Source: Octopus sinensis (lineage: Eukaryota). Taken from it: a stretch of 64,000 nucleotides of DNA. Within the stretch, counting starts at the first letter, position 1, and every line of letters begins with the position of its first letter. Below the pieces are notes generated by a model, which did not search any database, had not been told where the DNA came from, and was given only the letters and a program-made list of their open reading frames with translations. The translations under genes were made by a program, and so were the position numbers. The stretch is from assembly GCF_006345805.1 (NCBI RefSeq), contig NC_043010.1, forward strand, positions 51,832,001-51,896,000. Reading direction: 5' to 3'. Shown here piece after piece: positions 36,159 through 47,987 of the stretch.

Positions 36159-37444
36159 ATGTAGATTTATATTGTGTACACGCGAAAACCCATTGTATCG
36201 TGCTGTTTTTGTCTTTTATGTTGTTATATGTCTATTAATGTTATTTTATGTGAGCCCTTGTGGCCAATAAAAGAATAACTTATTATGATTAGGATTCTGT
36301 AAAAGTTACAGAGTGACTCAAGGGCCCAGAGTTTCGTACATTGTACTTATAACCTATCATACCAATGCATGAAACTCTCCTTCCTTGAGTAACTTCTGCT
36401 GATTATTGATAATAAAAAATATATATACTCATGTTATGAGTTCTATATATATAAGGATAAACTGTGTGAAGCCCGGTGTATATATTTTTGCCAACCAAAT
36501 TCTCTCAAAAGGTCATTGATCAGTCTGGGACTGTAGTAGAAAACACTTGCCCAATGTACTATGCAATGGGACTGCACCCAACACCATGTAATTGTGAAGT
36601 GAGCTCCTGACCCACACATCCATGCCTGCTTTTATATATATTGTTTATTTTTCGTCGGCAGCAGAAGTTATAATGATATTATAAGTGTGCTCCCCCACCC
36701 CCAATATCTTAAAACAATGAAATAATAAAATAAACCCCATTAAATATGTTCTCTTTTTTTTTTTTTACTTGTTTCAGTCATTTGACTGCGGTCATGCTGG
36801 AGCACCGCCTTTAATCGAGCAACTCGACCCCGGGACTTATTCTTTGTAAGCCCAGTACTTATTCTATCGGTCTCTTTGCCGAACCGCTAAGTGACGGGGA
36901 CATAAACACACCAGCATCGGTTGTCAAGCAACGCTAGGGTGACAAACACAGACACACAAACATACACGCACATATATATATATATATTTGTAAAAAAATG
37001 AAGTTCGAAAATGCTGCTATATTATACAATTTTTAATTTTTATATATACATTATAACATGTTTCAGTTCCTGAAATGAACCTTATCAAAAAAAGTTATAT
37101 ATAAAAAAAGACAGCTCATGCCGTCAAACACAAGAAATTCATTTATAATACACAACGGAGTCAGACATCTTAAAGTTCAAATATAGTTTGAAGTAAGTTC
37201 ATTCATGCTATATGTTCAAAGTGTTCGGTGCAGTGGCCCACGGTGGCGATACGTATTCAATACAAAAAACAGATCAAAGTGGTGGAAAGTAGTCAATACA
37301 GAAGATTGATGTTCCCGAAATAGCGAGGAATTCATTTTTACCTTGAGCAATTGTGATGACCCATGGTGGGTGTTCGCTGGGTGATTCTAGTGAGTCTTGT
37401 GAGTTGTTCGGGTTTTATAATGCCTGTTAGGTGGTCAGTCCAGC

Positions 37445-38015
37445 GTAGCGTGACGTCATCAACGTTTTGACCAATCGTTTCGTTAGGTGGCTTTAGTCAA
37501 GCAGAACGGTACGTCATCAACATTCTGACCAATCGTGACCTATCGCTGTATTATAACTGCCTCTTGTCTGTTTCCTGTTTTGACCAGTCGTTTCGTTAGG
37601 TGGCTTAGTCAAGCAGGACGGTACGTCATCATGATTCTGACCAATCACGACTTATAGCTGTATTAGATCTGCCCCTTTTCGTTAGGTGGCTTAGTCAAGC
37701 AGAACGGGACGTCATCAGCATTCTGACCAATCGTGACCTATCGCTGTATTATAACTGCCTCTTGTCTGTTTCCTGTTTTGACCAGTCGTTTCGTTAGGTG
37801 GCTTAGTCAAGCAGAACGGGACGTCATCAAGATTCTGCCCAATCACGACTTATAGCTGCATTAGATCTGCCCCCTGTCTGTATTTTGTTAGGTGACTAGT
37901 CAAGCAGAAAGGTACGTCATCAATATTCTGACTAATCTCTGCACCCTGTTTGTATCCTGTCCATTCTAGCAGAACTAGACGTCATCAGCGTGTTGACCAA
38001 TCAGAATCGGGTCTG
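37445..38015. repeat. Array of about 7 modules with core ttcgttaggtggcttagtcaagcagaacggtacgtcatcaacattctgaccaatc and alternating long/short linkers
   Basis: Cores at about 37479, 37592, 37678, 37790 and 37885 plus two partial copies; spacing alternates about 113/86 bp (about 199-bp dimer). Confidence 0.88.
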
Positions 38016-38180
38016 ACCCTTAGCTGTATCGTATGTGGTCAGTCCATCAGGGTCAGATTTGCACGAAAGAATTTTTTTTCCTTTTTTACTAAGGCATATT
38101 TCCGTCAGTGCGAGTGACTGTTTAAGGTAGCGGCCGTGGTGGAATTTTGCTTCTCCTTTTCGGAGGACTTATCTTTTGTT

Positions 38181-38531
38181 TTAATATTCCTGGCCCAGGG
38201 TGTTTAAACTTGGTCTAAATTTTTTTATGAAATACAGTTCTTTATTTTGGCGTTGTGTGAAGGTTGCGTTGTCACTAAATTTATAGAGCGGGTTAGTTGT
38301 AAATTTCGGTTTTACATTTCCAGCACATCTATCTATGTGTCCGCTGACCGGTATTTTGCGGTAATCAGGGTTTCTAATTTGTGATTTATGCACCGCCATC
38401 CTGTTATGTAAGCTATTTTTTGTATGGCCTATATACTGCCTATTGCAGCCTGCGCATGTTATGACGTAAATTAAGTTTTCTGATGCGCAGGTGAAGTTTG
38501 TTCTAATGGTGAACTGGTGGCCTTGTTCCAG
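38181..38531 (-). pseudogene. Penelope-type GIY-YIG endonuclease domain, N-terminally truncated, 116 codons open
   Basis: FTCASENLIYVITCAGCNRQYIGHTKNSLHNRMAVHKSQIR...HIDRC...KELYFIKKFRPSLN; the frame extends 132 nt upstream of the tracked ATG at 38399. Confidence 0.9.
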
Positions 38532-38559
38532 TATATATATATATATATAATATATATAT

Positions 38560-38631
<72 letters not shown>

Positions 38632-38850
38632 TACGACAGGCTTCTTTCAGCTTCCGTCTACCAAATCCACTCACAAGGCGTTGGTCAGCCCGAGGCTATA
38701 GTAGAAGACACTTGCCCAAGGTGCCACGCAGTGGGAATGAACCCGGAACCATGTGGTTGGTAAACAAGCTACTTGCCACACAGCCACTCCTGCGCCTATG
38801 TTGGTTAATATTTACTTTAACACCCGTCCACAGTAATCATTAACCTATAT

Positions 38851-39416
38851 GGAAAAGACTTCCGCCCCTCGACCTCCATTTTCTCCCAAATTTGTTTATT
38901 TAAAATTTTTTTTTTTTTTTTGCCAAAAATCCCCGTTTTCGGATACGGATGTTCCGGAAAATTGCCAAAAATCGGCATTGTGGAAAATTCCGCCCCCTTT
39001 CCTCCCCAACTTCTTCAATTTTGACTTTTTTTCACCAATACTAACCCTAACACTAAAATCCTAACCCTAACTGTAAAACCCTAACCCTAACCCTAAAACT
39101 GTAACCGTAAATACAGAAACGTTTTGAAGAAAAAATTCTTTAAAAAAAAATTTTACAACGATTTTTGGAAAATTCTTTCAGAATCATAATCTCCGTATTT
39201 TTCCACATATTTTGAGAAAACAAAAATTGTGAAAAAAGTTTAAAATGAAGGAATGGGGGTGGGGTGGTAATGTAGAAATGTCAATTTTTGCCATTTAAAA
39301 TTTTTTTTTTATTTTTGCAGATTCGTATTCCCCGTAGCCAAAGGGAGGCGGTTGCGTCGAAAAAAAAAGTTTTAAAAAAGGGTGGTTTTTGGTGGGGAAC
39401 GGGCGGAAGTCTTGCC
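38851..39416. mobile_element. Second copy of the (CCCTAA)n-containing MITE-like element
   Basis: TIR GGAAAAGACTTCCGCCC / GGGCGGAAGTCTTGCC; telomere-like tract at about 39041-39110. Confidence 0.65.
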
Positions 39417-40482
39417 CCAATGGAAACCCAATATGTCTTTTACGGGAAGTTCTCCTTTGATTTTTTTTTACTTTTTTCCCCTTGAATTCAATGTTTATAT
39501 ACACTCTTTAAACTCTTACACTACCCCAATCTGGCAACCCTTCGAAGTATACGAACCAATAAGGGAGACTATCCCGTACCTCGATCTGTTAGAATTAGTA
39601 GTCGAACCTCTTCCAATTCACTTTCTTCCATTAAGAAGAACATGTTTGGATAACATAATCTGGGTAAAACTCTCCTTATTAAGACTGGATGCTCATGGTT
39701 AGATTGTCTTGTAAATATGTCTGTTCGACTAGAGCAGGTCTGATCTGGTTTGGCTGAACAACATCAGCATCAACTACGCATCGTCACCTGGCCTGCTAGA
39801 AACAGCAGCCAAATGTCGCTTAATTACAGCCTAGTGCCCTAAAAAATAATGGACACATCAGATAGTGTAGTTGGTGGAATATTTTGCCTTGGGGAAAAAA
39901 AAACATGATGGTCACGGCTGGAACGACGATCAGGCGAGGCTGACTTGCGTACTAAACAATAACAATAACAATAATTTAATTTAACCAAACACATTTATTA
40001 TTACCCGTCTGAAATATAGAAGGGTCATTAAAAAAAAAACACAGAGGACTGTCGCGCACTACCTATATTCTTCTCCCTAGCACTCTTCTCCTAAATTCAT
40101 CTTACCGTGTTTCGCTCACCTACTGCTAACCTGTTGTTACTTATATTCAAACAGTGATTGCATTGTTACTCAATTTGGTCTTTCTGAATTAAAAATATGA
40201 GTAACGGGCAAGAATTTCACCTTTTTAGATTAAGGAAATAATATTAAGAAGGACAAAAGGAAGAAGCAATCAACATTAAAACTCATGTAGCACCGTTTCA
40301 AACCGAGGCTTTTTTTTTTATCTTCAGAGTGACTCGCAGACTTGAAAATCACATTCGTTACATTGCCTTATCATTTCTACTATATTATATATCACATCGA
40401 CCTTTCTGTTTGGTGAGCGAGATAATATATCTATATATAAATATTTAGACGTCTCACGTAAATAAACAAGACGACATCAACA

Positions 40483-40881
40483 ATGACTGCATTGGCCAAC
40501 AACCGTTTACGTTGCCTGCGATCGCTTCTTCAACGTTCGACATGGTCTACGAGACAGCACGTTACCCCTCAGTTCTGCTTCAAACAGTATTGCAGTTCCT
40601 TTTTCAGGTTTCGATCGACATTCCGTGAAGAACGATCATCACGAAACCTACAGAATATCTTCAAAAGTCTACTTCTTCGACTGGGAGCCGGCAGCGCGGC
40701 TGTTTTGCTCGTCGGTAGTTACCTGTACGACGGCGGGGGTGGCAACAGGCAAACACTATCTACTGTTGCGGAATGCCGGCAACCCCCAGAGCCACAGCGA
40801 CTCGTGAAGCTACCCACAGCAGAAAAACTTACATTAGAAGAAGCTATAGTCGTAGCTAAAGACCTCGCCGAATGCAAAAAG
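40483..40881 (+). CDS. LACTB: LACTB exon 1 (mitochondrial-targeting-like Arg/Ser-rich N-terminus)
   Basis: ATG at 40483, 133 codons, ends LEEAIVVAKDLAECKK at donor AAG|GTAAAT; phase 0 matches exon 2. Confidence 0.8.
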
Positions 40882-41544
40882 GTAAATAAGCAAGTTTACT
40901 GTGGAACAGTTGTTGTCTGTAGTTGTGATTTGTGTCGTTGTTAAACTCCAAATTGGCCCTGATCCAGCAGAGCTGTATCATTCCATCTGTAACCACCCAG
41001 TATCTTTTCTTTTGTGCAGGTAACTCAAGCCCACCTTAATTAACGTGCAATTTTTAACACGATAAATTTTCATATGATCGCTATTTGATTACTATATCTA
41101 ACAGAGCTACCGACCATGTAGAAGCTTCCGTTTTAGCTCCATACCAATCCTACTCGAATAGATCTACGATTATAGGCGCTCCAGTTGTGACCAACATGTC
41201 TTTGTTTCTTCAAACATAATGTCTCATGTGCTCTTCTTTTTTAAAAACATGAAAAGAGTGTTTTTAAGGAAGATTTCGTTAATATTTCTAGCAAGTCAAG
41301 CAATGACTCAAAGCTCACGTTATTAGTACGTTTGTAACGATGCGTTTAACCCCAGATAAGCCTTGACCGAGCCGGCCTATGACCAGAAACATTTTAACGA
41401 TGACCATTTAGTCCTACCCTCTTTCAGACTTGATGTGTCCCCGACTGCATAATCCAATGTGTCCTTCCTTTTTTTCTTTCTTTTTCTTAAGATACGAACA
41501 ACGGGTGGTGTACAAAAACCAATTTGTATGCATGCGTATGTTTT

Positions 41545-42800
41545 CACAAAGACTTAAGTGTGTGTGTGTGTGTTTGTATCCATACAAAATTTAATAGTGT
41601 GTATGTGTGTGTGTGTATACAAAATTTAATAGTGTGTATGTATGTGTGTGTGTATACAAAATTTAATAGTGTGTATGTATGTGTGTACAAAAATGTAATA
41701 GTGTGTGTGTATACAAAACTTAATAGTGTATATGTATGTGTGTACAAAAATGTAATAGTGTGTGTGTATACAAAACTTAATAGTGTATATGTATGTGTGT
41801 GTACAAAAATGTAATAGTGTGTGTGTATACAAAATTTAATAGTGTATATGTATGTGTGTGTACAAAAATGTAATAGTGTGTGTGTATACAAAATTTAATA
41901 GTGTATATGTATGTGTGTGTACAAAAATGTAATAGTGTGTGTGTATACAAAATTTAATAGTGTGTATGTATGTGTGGTACATGTAATAGTGTGTGTGTGT
42001 ACAAAATTTATAGTGTGTTGTATATATGTGTTTTACATAATATGTTAAAATTAATGTGTATGTGTTTTTTGTGTTTTGTGTGTACAAATTTATTTTGTAT
42101 GATAATAGTGTTGTGTGTTATATTAATTTATATGTGTGTGTACAAAAATGTAGATGTGTGTGTATAATATTTTGTTATATGGTTTTGTGTGTGTGTTCTT
42201 GTAGTGTTGTTGTTGTGTGTGTATGTATTATATGTATATGTATATGTTAAATGTGTATGTTTTATATTGTTTTATTGTGTGTATTTGTGTTATAGTTTTT
42301 GTTTGTTTTTTGTATGTGTATGTGTGTACAAAAATGTAATAGTGTGTGTGTATACAAAACTTAATAGTGTATATGTATGTGTGTGTACAAAAATGTAATA
42401 GTGTGTGTGTGTACAAAATTTAATAGTGTATATGTATGTGTGTGTACAAAAATGTAATAGTGTGTGTGTATACAAAACTTAATAGTGTATATGTGTGTGC
42501 GTAAAATTTAATAGTGTGCATGTATGTGTGTGTACAAAAATGTAATAGTGTGTGTGTATACAAAACATAATAGTGTGTATGTATGTGTACAAAATTTTAA
42601 TAGTCTGTGTATGAATATATCTGTGTGTGTATACAAAACTTTATAGCGTATGTGTGCGTGTGTACCGAAATTTAATAGTATATGTGTTTGTGTATGAAAG
42701 CTTCAGTGTGTGTGTGTGGTGTACAAAAATTTAATAGTGTGTGTGTGTATCTGCATACAAAAACTTAATAGTGAGTATATATGTGTGTGTATATTTGTGT
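41545..42800. repeat. Minisatellite in LACTB intron 1, about 58-60-bp dimer of tacaaaa-N-taatagtg(TG)n units
   Basis: Alternating tacaaaacttaatagtg and tacaaaaatgtaatagtg monomers. Confidence 0.88.
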
Positions 42801-43399
42801 ACCAAAAACTTAAATGCATGCGTGTAAGAACAGAGAAGCAAGCATGCAAAATTAAAAAAGAACAGCTCAATTTTGTATGGAAGGGGTAGTAGAAGAAGAA
42901 TTTGATTTGTGTGTATCTGTGTAATATTATTTGCAGATAAAGGAGTGTGGAGATTTTTTTTGTTAATAGTTAAAGAAATGGATCTTTACCTTTTGACCGA
43001 CAGATTTTTAAAAAATGATCCTCCAAAGAAATGGTGCAATGCAAGTGTCTTTTACATATTACCCAAGTTATTTCTTTAACTACTGAGAAACAGGTCACAG
43101 CAAAACAGGTCATATTCTGTGCCTGTGTAACCCTATGGATAATATGCAAAGTTATTCACTGACATGAATACCAGTGTGTGTATGGTATGTGTGCGTACAA
43201 AAGCTTAGTAGTTAGTGCATGTCAGTACAAAAATTCAGTATATAGTGTGTGTGTGTGTGTGTGTGTGTGCAAATGCAAAAACTCAGCATGTAGTATGTGT
43301 GTGTTTATATGTTTGTGCAAATACAAAAATATAGTGTGTGTGTGTGTAAGTACAAACATTTAGTTATGCTTGTGTTTGTGTATGTATGTATGTAATCAT

Positions 43400-44110
43400 C
43401 ATCGTCATCATCATCATCGTTGTTTAACATCCGCTTTCCATGCTAGCATGGGTTGGACGATTTGACTGAGGACTGGCAAACCAGATGGCTGCACCAGGCT
43501 CCAATCTGATCTGGCAGAGTTTCTACAGCTGGATGCCCTTCCTAACGCCAACCACTCCAAGAGTGTAGTGGGTGCTTTTACATGCCATGGGCATGAGGGC
43601 CAGTCAGGCGGCACTGGCAACAGCCACGCTCAAATGGTGCTTTTTATGTGCCACCTGCACAAGAGCCAGTCTAGCGACACTGGCAACGATCATGCTCAAA
43701 TGTTGCTTTTTACATGCCACCAGCACAAGTGCCAGTAAGGCGATACAGATCACGCTCGAATGGTGTTTTTGACATGCCACCAGCACAAGTACCAGTAAGG
43801 TAACGCAGGTAACGATCATGCTCGAATGGTGCTTTTTATGTGCCACCTGCACAGGAGCCAGTCCTGCGGCAACTGGCAATGACCTCACTCAAATGTTTTT
43901 CCACATGCCACCAGTACAAGTGCCATTAAGGTGATGCAGGTAATGATCACGCTCGAATGGTGCTTTTTACATGCTACCAGCACAGAAGCCAGTTTTTTGC
44001 TCTTGCAACGATCATGCTCAGATGGTACTCTTAGCGCTCCACTAGCACAGATGCCAGTCATCGAATTTGATTTCGATTTTAATTTCACTTGCCTCAACAG
44101 GTCTTCAAAT
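43400..44110 (-). mobile_element. Family C repeat with an internal tandem about 60-bp unit
   Basis: (ATC)n tail; repeated gatcatgctcgaatggtgctttttacatgccacc. Confidence 0.75.
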
Positions 44111-44878
44111 AGAAAAACGTACTTTGTTTATATGTGTAACTACAAGAAAAAAAAAGTATTGCAGTATTTATCTTCAGATAGCATTATATGTGTGTATAAT
44201 GCTATCTGAAGATAAGTATTGCAATATATATATATGTTTTTTATATTTAGGGTGGAGATAGGGTGGCAAGTTGGCAGAATCATTACTGTAGCAGACAAAA
44301 TGCTTAGCAGCATTTCATCCATCTTGACATTCTGAGTTCAAATTCTGCCGAGGTTGACTTTGCCGTTTATCTTTTTAAAGTAACTAAAATAAGTACCAGT
44401 TGAATACTGGGGTCGATGTAATCAATTTACCCACTTCCCCTGAAGTTGCGGGCCTTGTGCCAAAATTTAAAATCAGTATTTAGGGAGGTGGTGCAGTGCC
44501 CATAGCTTTTGCATTGTAACCTATAAAATTGTGGGGTCACACACACACTCACGCATATATACATGCACTCCTGTTTCTTTATTTGCTACTTAAGCCCTTC
44601 AATCCCTATGGAAAATAAGCCCTCAACAACTTGTCTCCACTATTCTCAGCTCAATGCAGGGATGTTGGGTTTCTTTCAAGAATTCATTAAACCTTGAGCA
44701 TTTAAGGCAGCCATATCAGGCCAAAATACTGTACCAGTTTAATATTCATACCAGCTAGATCCAGCTTCTTGCGCCTAGACTACAATGTCAGTCTAAAAAT
44801 ATACAGTCACATCATCAAAATCTCGAAGTTAAGAGTTAAGGCATGATTATTCCAAAACAATATGAATAAATATTGTTT

Positions 44879-45265
44879 ATAGATGCAGGAGTGGCTGTGT
44901 GGTAAGTAGCTTGCTTACCAACCACATGGTTCTGGGTTCAGTCCCACTGCATGGCACCTTGGGCAAGTGTCTTCTACTATAGCCTCAGGCCAACCAAAGG
45001 CTTGTGAGTGGATTTGGTAGACGGAAACTGAAAGAAACCTGTTGTATATATGTATATGCATGTGTGTGTGTCTGTGTTTGTCCCCCCAACATCGCTTGCC
45101 AACCGATGCTGGTGTGTTTACGTCCCCATAACTTAGCAGTTCGGCAAAAGAACTAATAAGTATTAGGCTTACAAAGAAATCGTCCTGGGGTCGATTTGCT
45201 CAACTAAAGGCAGTGCCCTAGCATGGCCACAGTCAAATGACTGAAACAAGTAAAAGGAATAAAAA
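44879..45265 (+). mobile_element. SINE family A
   Basis: Full consensus. Confidence 0.88.
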
Positions 45266-45301
45266 AGAGTAATGTGAGATATTCAGCAACAGTACTTTGT
45301 A

Positions 45302-45478
45302 GTAAAGATTGTTTGCCGACATAACATGGCAGTCCTGATCTAGGACCAATGTTGCTGTAATTTAGCCCCAGGAGATATCATCGTATAGCCAGCTGGAGAC
45401 GATGTCTCCTGGGGCTAAATTACAGCAACATTTGTCCTAGACCGGGACTGCCATGTTATGTTGGCAAACAATCTTTAC
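45302..45478. repeat. Palindromic element with about 78-bp arms and an about 20-nt spacer
   Basis: gtaaagattgtttgccgacataacatggcagtcc... / ...ggactgccatgttatgttggcaaacaatctttac. Confidence 0.85.
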
Positions 45479-45637
45479 ATATTGCTAGGTTTGTACCACC
45501 CCCTTGAGACCCAACTACACTCTAGCTGAAAAATATAGAATACTTCATAAGTAATATAAAGGCCCTAAATTCAGTGGCGACGTTAATAAAGATGTTACGC
45601 ATTAATTCGATTTGTTAAACTTATCTTCATTAATGTA

Positions 45638-46159
45638 CCATAAATCTTCGAGTATAGTCTGCCCTTGAGTATAATATGCAGGGGATTTTTAGGGGGCTAT
45701 ACTTCTGAAAAACATAAACCTTGTGTATAATATGCACCCATTTTCTAACTTGAGTTGTGCGTAATTAAGCCAGCAGCACCTAGTCGAACAAACACTTCCA
45801 CGCATCTGTAATACAATAATGGTGATGTTCTTAACTGTTATATGGGAATGTAAATATGTTTGCAAATTGTTTTTGTTACATGTTATTCTGTGTTCTGAAT
45901 ACTTTTATTTTAATAAATGTTGCTTACTGCAAGTTATGGATGATTCTTTTATGACTTCATTGCTTTCAGGCTTAGCTTAAGGTATTTTCGCACCCGACAT
46001 CACAAAATGTGTCTGAATAAACATTAGCGGACAGCAAATATAGACTCGGACATTGCTTAGAAAATATCTTCCATTTTTAACCTCGTATATAGTATGCACT
46101 AGGCATTTTGACCTTTAAATTTTGGGAAAAAAGTGCGGATTATACTCAAGGATTTACGG
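45638..46159. mobile_element. Tc2/pogo-like MITE (522 bp) with TA TSD
   Basis: TA|CCATAAATCTTCGAGTATA ... TATACTCAAGGATTTACGG|TA; internal repeated GTATAATATGCA. Confidence 0.75.
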
Positions 46160-46502
46160 TATATCGAATTATATATGGATATAAACAAGGTCTACACAGA
46201 TATAAGAGTTAGAACTTGTGATCCACCTGCGAATCTTTTACTTTGGAAATTTTTGCCCGCTGCACTAAGAAGTTTCCCCCACCCCTGGTTTAGACAAATA
46301 TATTATCAAGGCAATTTTTTACAGCTGGATAAGCAGATATTGTATTCCATACATTTGCATAGCTACAAAACCAACAGATGGCCTGTTGACATAAGACGTC
46401 ATTATCCTCATTTAACATCTACTTTCCATATTGGCATAACATCAACAACAACAACACTCACTGCTGAAGGATTTTGGGGGAAATACAAATGTAAACAAAA
46501 AT

Positions 46503-46533
<31 letters not shown>

Positions 46534-47280
46534 TATGTATGCATGGTATATGGACACTGAAAAAACCGCTATATGTATGTGTTTATGTGTGTATGTGTGT
46601 GTGTATCTGTATGTCATTATTCAGTTTTATTTCAAGATTTCTTGCCAATAGAGAAAGAGCTGGTTTCTAACCTAGCATTGCTAGCATCGCCTTACTGCCA
46701 CTTGTGCTGGTGGTATGTGAAAAAGCATTCAAACGAGGTCATTGCCAGTGCTGCTGGACTGGCTCCTGTGCAGGTGGCACGTAAAAAAAACACTATTTGA
46801 GTGTGGCCGTTGCCAGTACTGCCTGACTGGCCCTCGTGCCGGTGACACGTAAAAGCACCCACTACACTCTCGGAGTGGTTGGTGTTAAGAAGGGCAACCA
46901 GCTGTAGAAACTTTGCCAGATCTGATTGGAGCCTGGTGCAGCCATCTGGTTCGCCAGTCCTCAGTCAAATTGTCCAACCCATGCTAGCATGGAAAACGGA
47001 CGTTAAACAATGATAATAATGATGTTGATGATCCAAAGCTCCTTCATTGGAATTTCAACAACAAACGGGGTATTTTTTTGCATGTATGTATGTATGCGTG
47101 CAGATTTGTATGTTTTGTTTTAGGTATGTCTTCTCATGCATATACTTGCATAACTAGATAAACTGGCGTCAGTGTGTGTTTGCCCTAATTATATATCTAT
47201 CTAACCTCTGCACTCTGATTTCAACCTCTATCATGATTATTAGTAGAAATATATTTCTTTTCATAATTTTCCTTTTTCAG

Positions 47281-47347
47281 GCTGAATGTAGTGCCCCTGG
47301 CTTGGTTATTGCAGTCAGCATTGATGGTGAACTCGTCTGGAGCGAAG
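47281..47347 (+). CDS. LACTB: LACTB exon 2
   Basis: tttcag|AECSAPGLVIAVSIDGELVWSE(G)|gtatct; matches LACTB APGIVVGVSVDGKEVWSEG. Confidence 0.92.
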
Positions 47348-47952
47348 GTATCTCATTTGAAATTATTTACTAATATTGTATTTTATTACAAGAATTATGG
47401 GGAGGGGTTCAGTTTTAATTTTATAGGCTAGTTTATCAAATCTGAGAGAGGACAGAGGGTAGTATCAGTTTGGAGTGGGGTAAAGTAGATTGACAATTTA
47501 AGTGGCATAGTCATAAATCAAGATTTATTTGAAGCAAAGCCATAATTAAATCTAAATAACAGAAATAATCAGGGAGAAGCAGTGTCTTTTTTTTCTTTTA
47601 AAAATTTCAGTTACAACTGTGATGTTGTTGTTAAAGCATGTTCTTTGTCTATCTCCTTATCCTCTTGGAGATTTTGGATAAAATTATACTAATGAATCCT
47701 TCGAATTTAATTAAATTCTGTTTTTTTTTTGTGTACCTGAAGATTGCTTTACATTTTAAATTGATATAATGTTTGCATTGTTCAATTACATAGAATTGCA
47801 TGAAACGATCGTACTGCATTACCTCTGGATATCCTCGTTGCTTATTTTTATTATAATCACCTTATTTTAAATTGTATGGATAATACCATACTAAATTCTG
47901 GTACCTTCAACTTAAGTACCATATTCATCTAAATCTAAATTTTTATTGAACT

Positions 47953-47987
<35 letters not shown>

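Larger units (their letters stand above)
36988..38531 (-). mobile_element. 5'-truncated Penelope-like element (GIY-YIG C-terminus plus about 1.2 kb of 3' region)
   Basis: GIY-YIG ORF, tandem ACGTCA/CCAAT modules, hammerhead-like motif near the 3' end, (TA)n on both sides. Confidence 0.85.
36770..38799 (-). mobile_element. SINE family A split by a 1.5-kb Penelope-like insertion in its (TA)n
   Basis: Tail half 36770-36987; head half about 38532-38799. Confidence 0.85.

Noticed and set aside
37445-38015. CRISPR-like repeat/spacer look; also CTGATGA...CGAAAC on the minus strand
   Set aside because: Eukaryotic context, spacers are themselves repeated and no cas genes are present; the bases flanking the would-be stem II do not pair, so it is not a hammerhead either
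38060-38175. U5-like CCTTTT..ACTAA..ATTTCCGT and an Sm-like AATTTTG plus hairpin
   Set aside because: Stem I of U5 cannot be formed and the segment lies within the Penelope 3' region; probably chance
42000-42310. Abruptly degenerate, C-poor block inside the minisatellite
   Set aside because: Looks like low-quality consensus in a repeat rather than biology; needs raw reads
46133-46651. 172-aa plus-strand ORF
   Set aside because: Spans MITE ends and a (CA)n tract, has no recognisable domain and does not fit the LACTB exon chain
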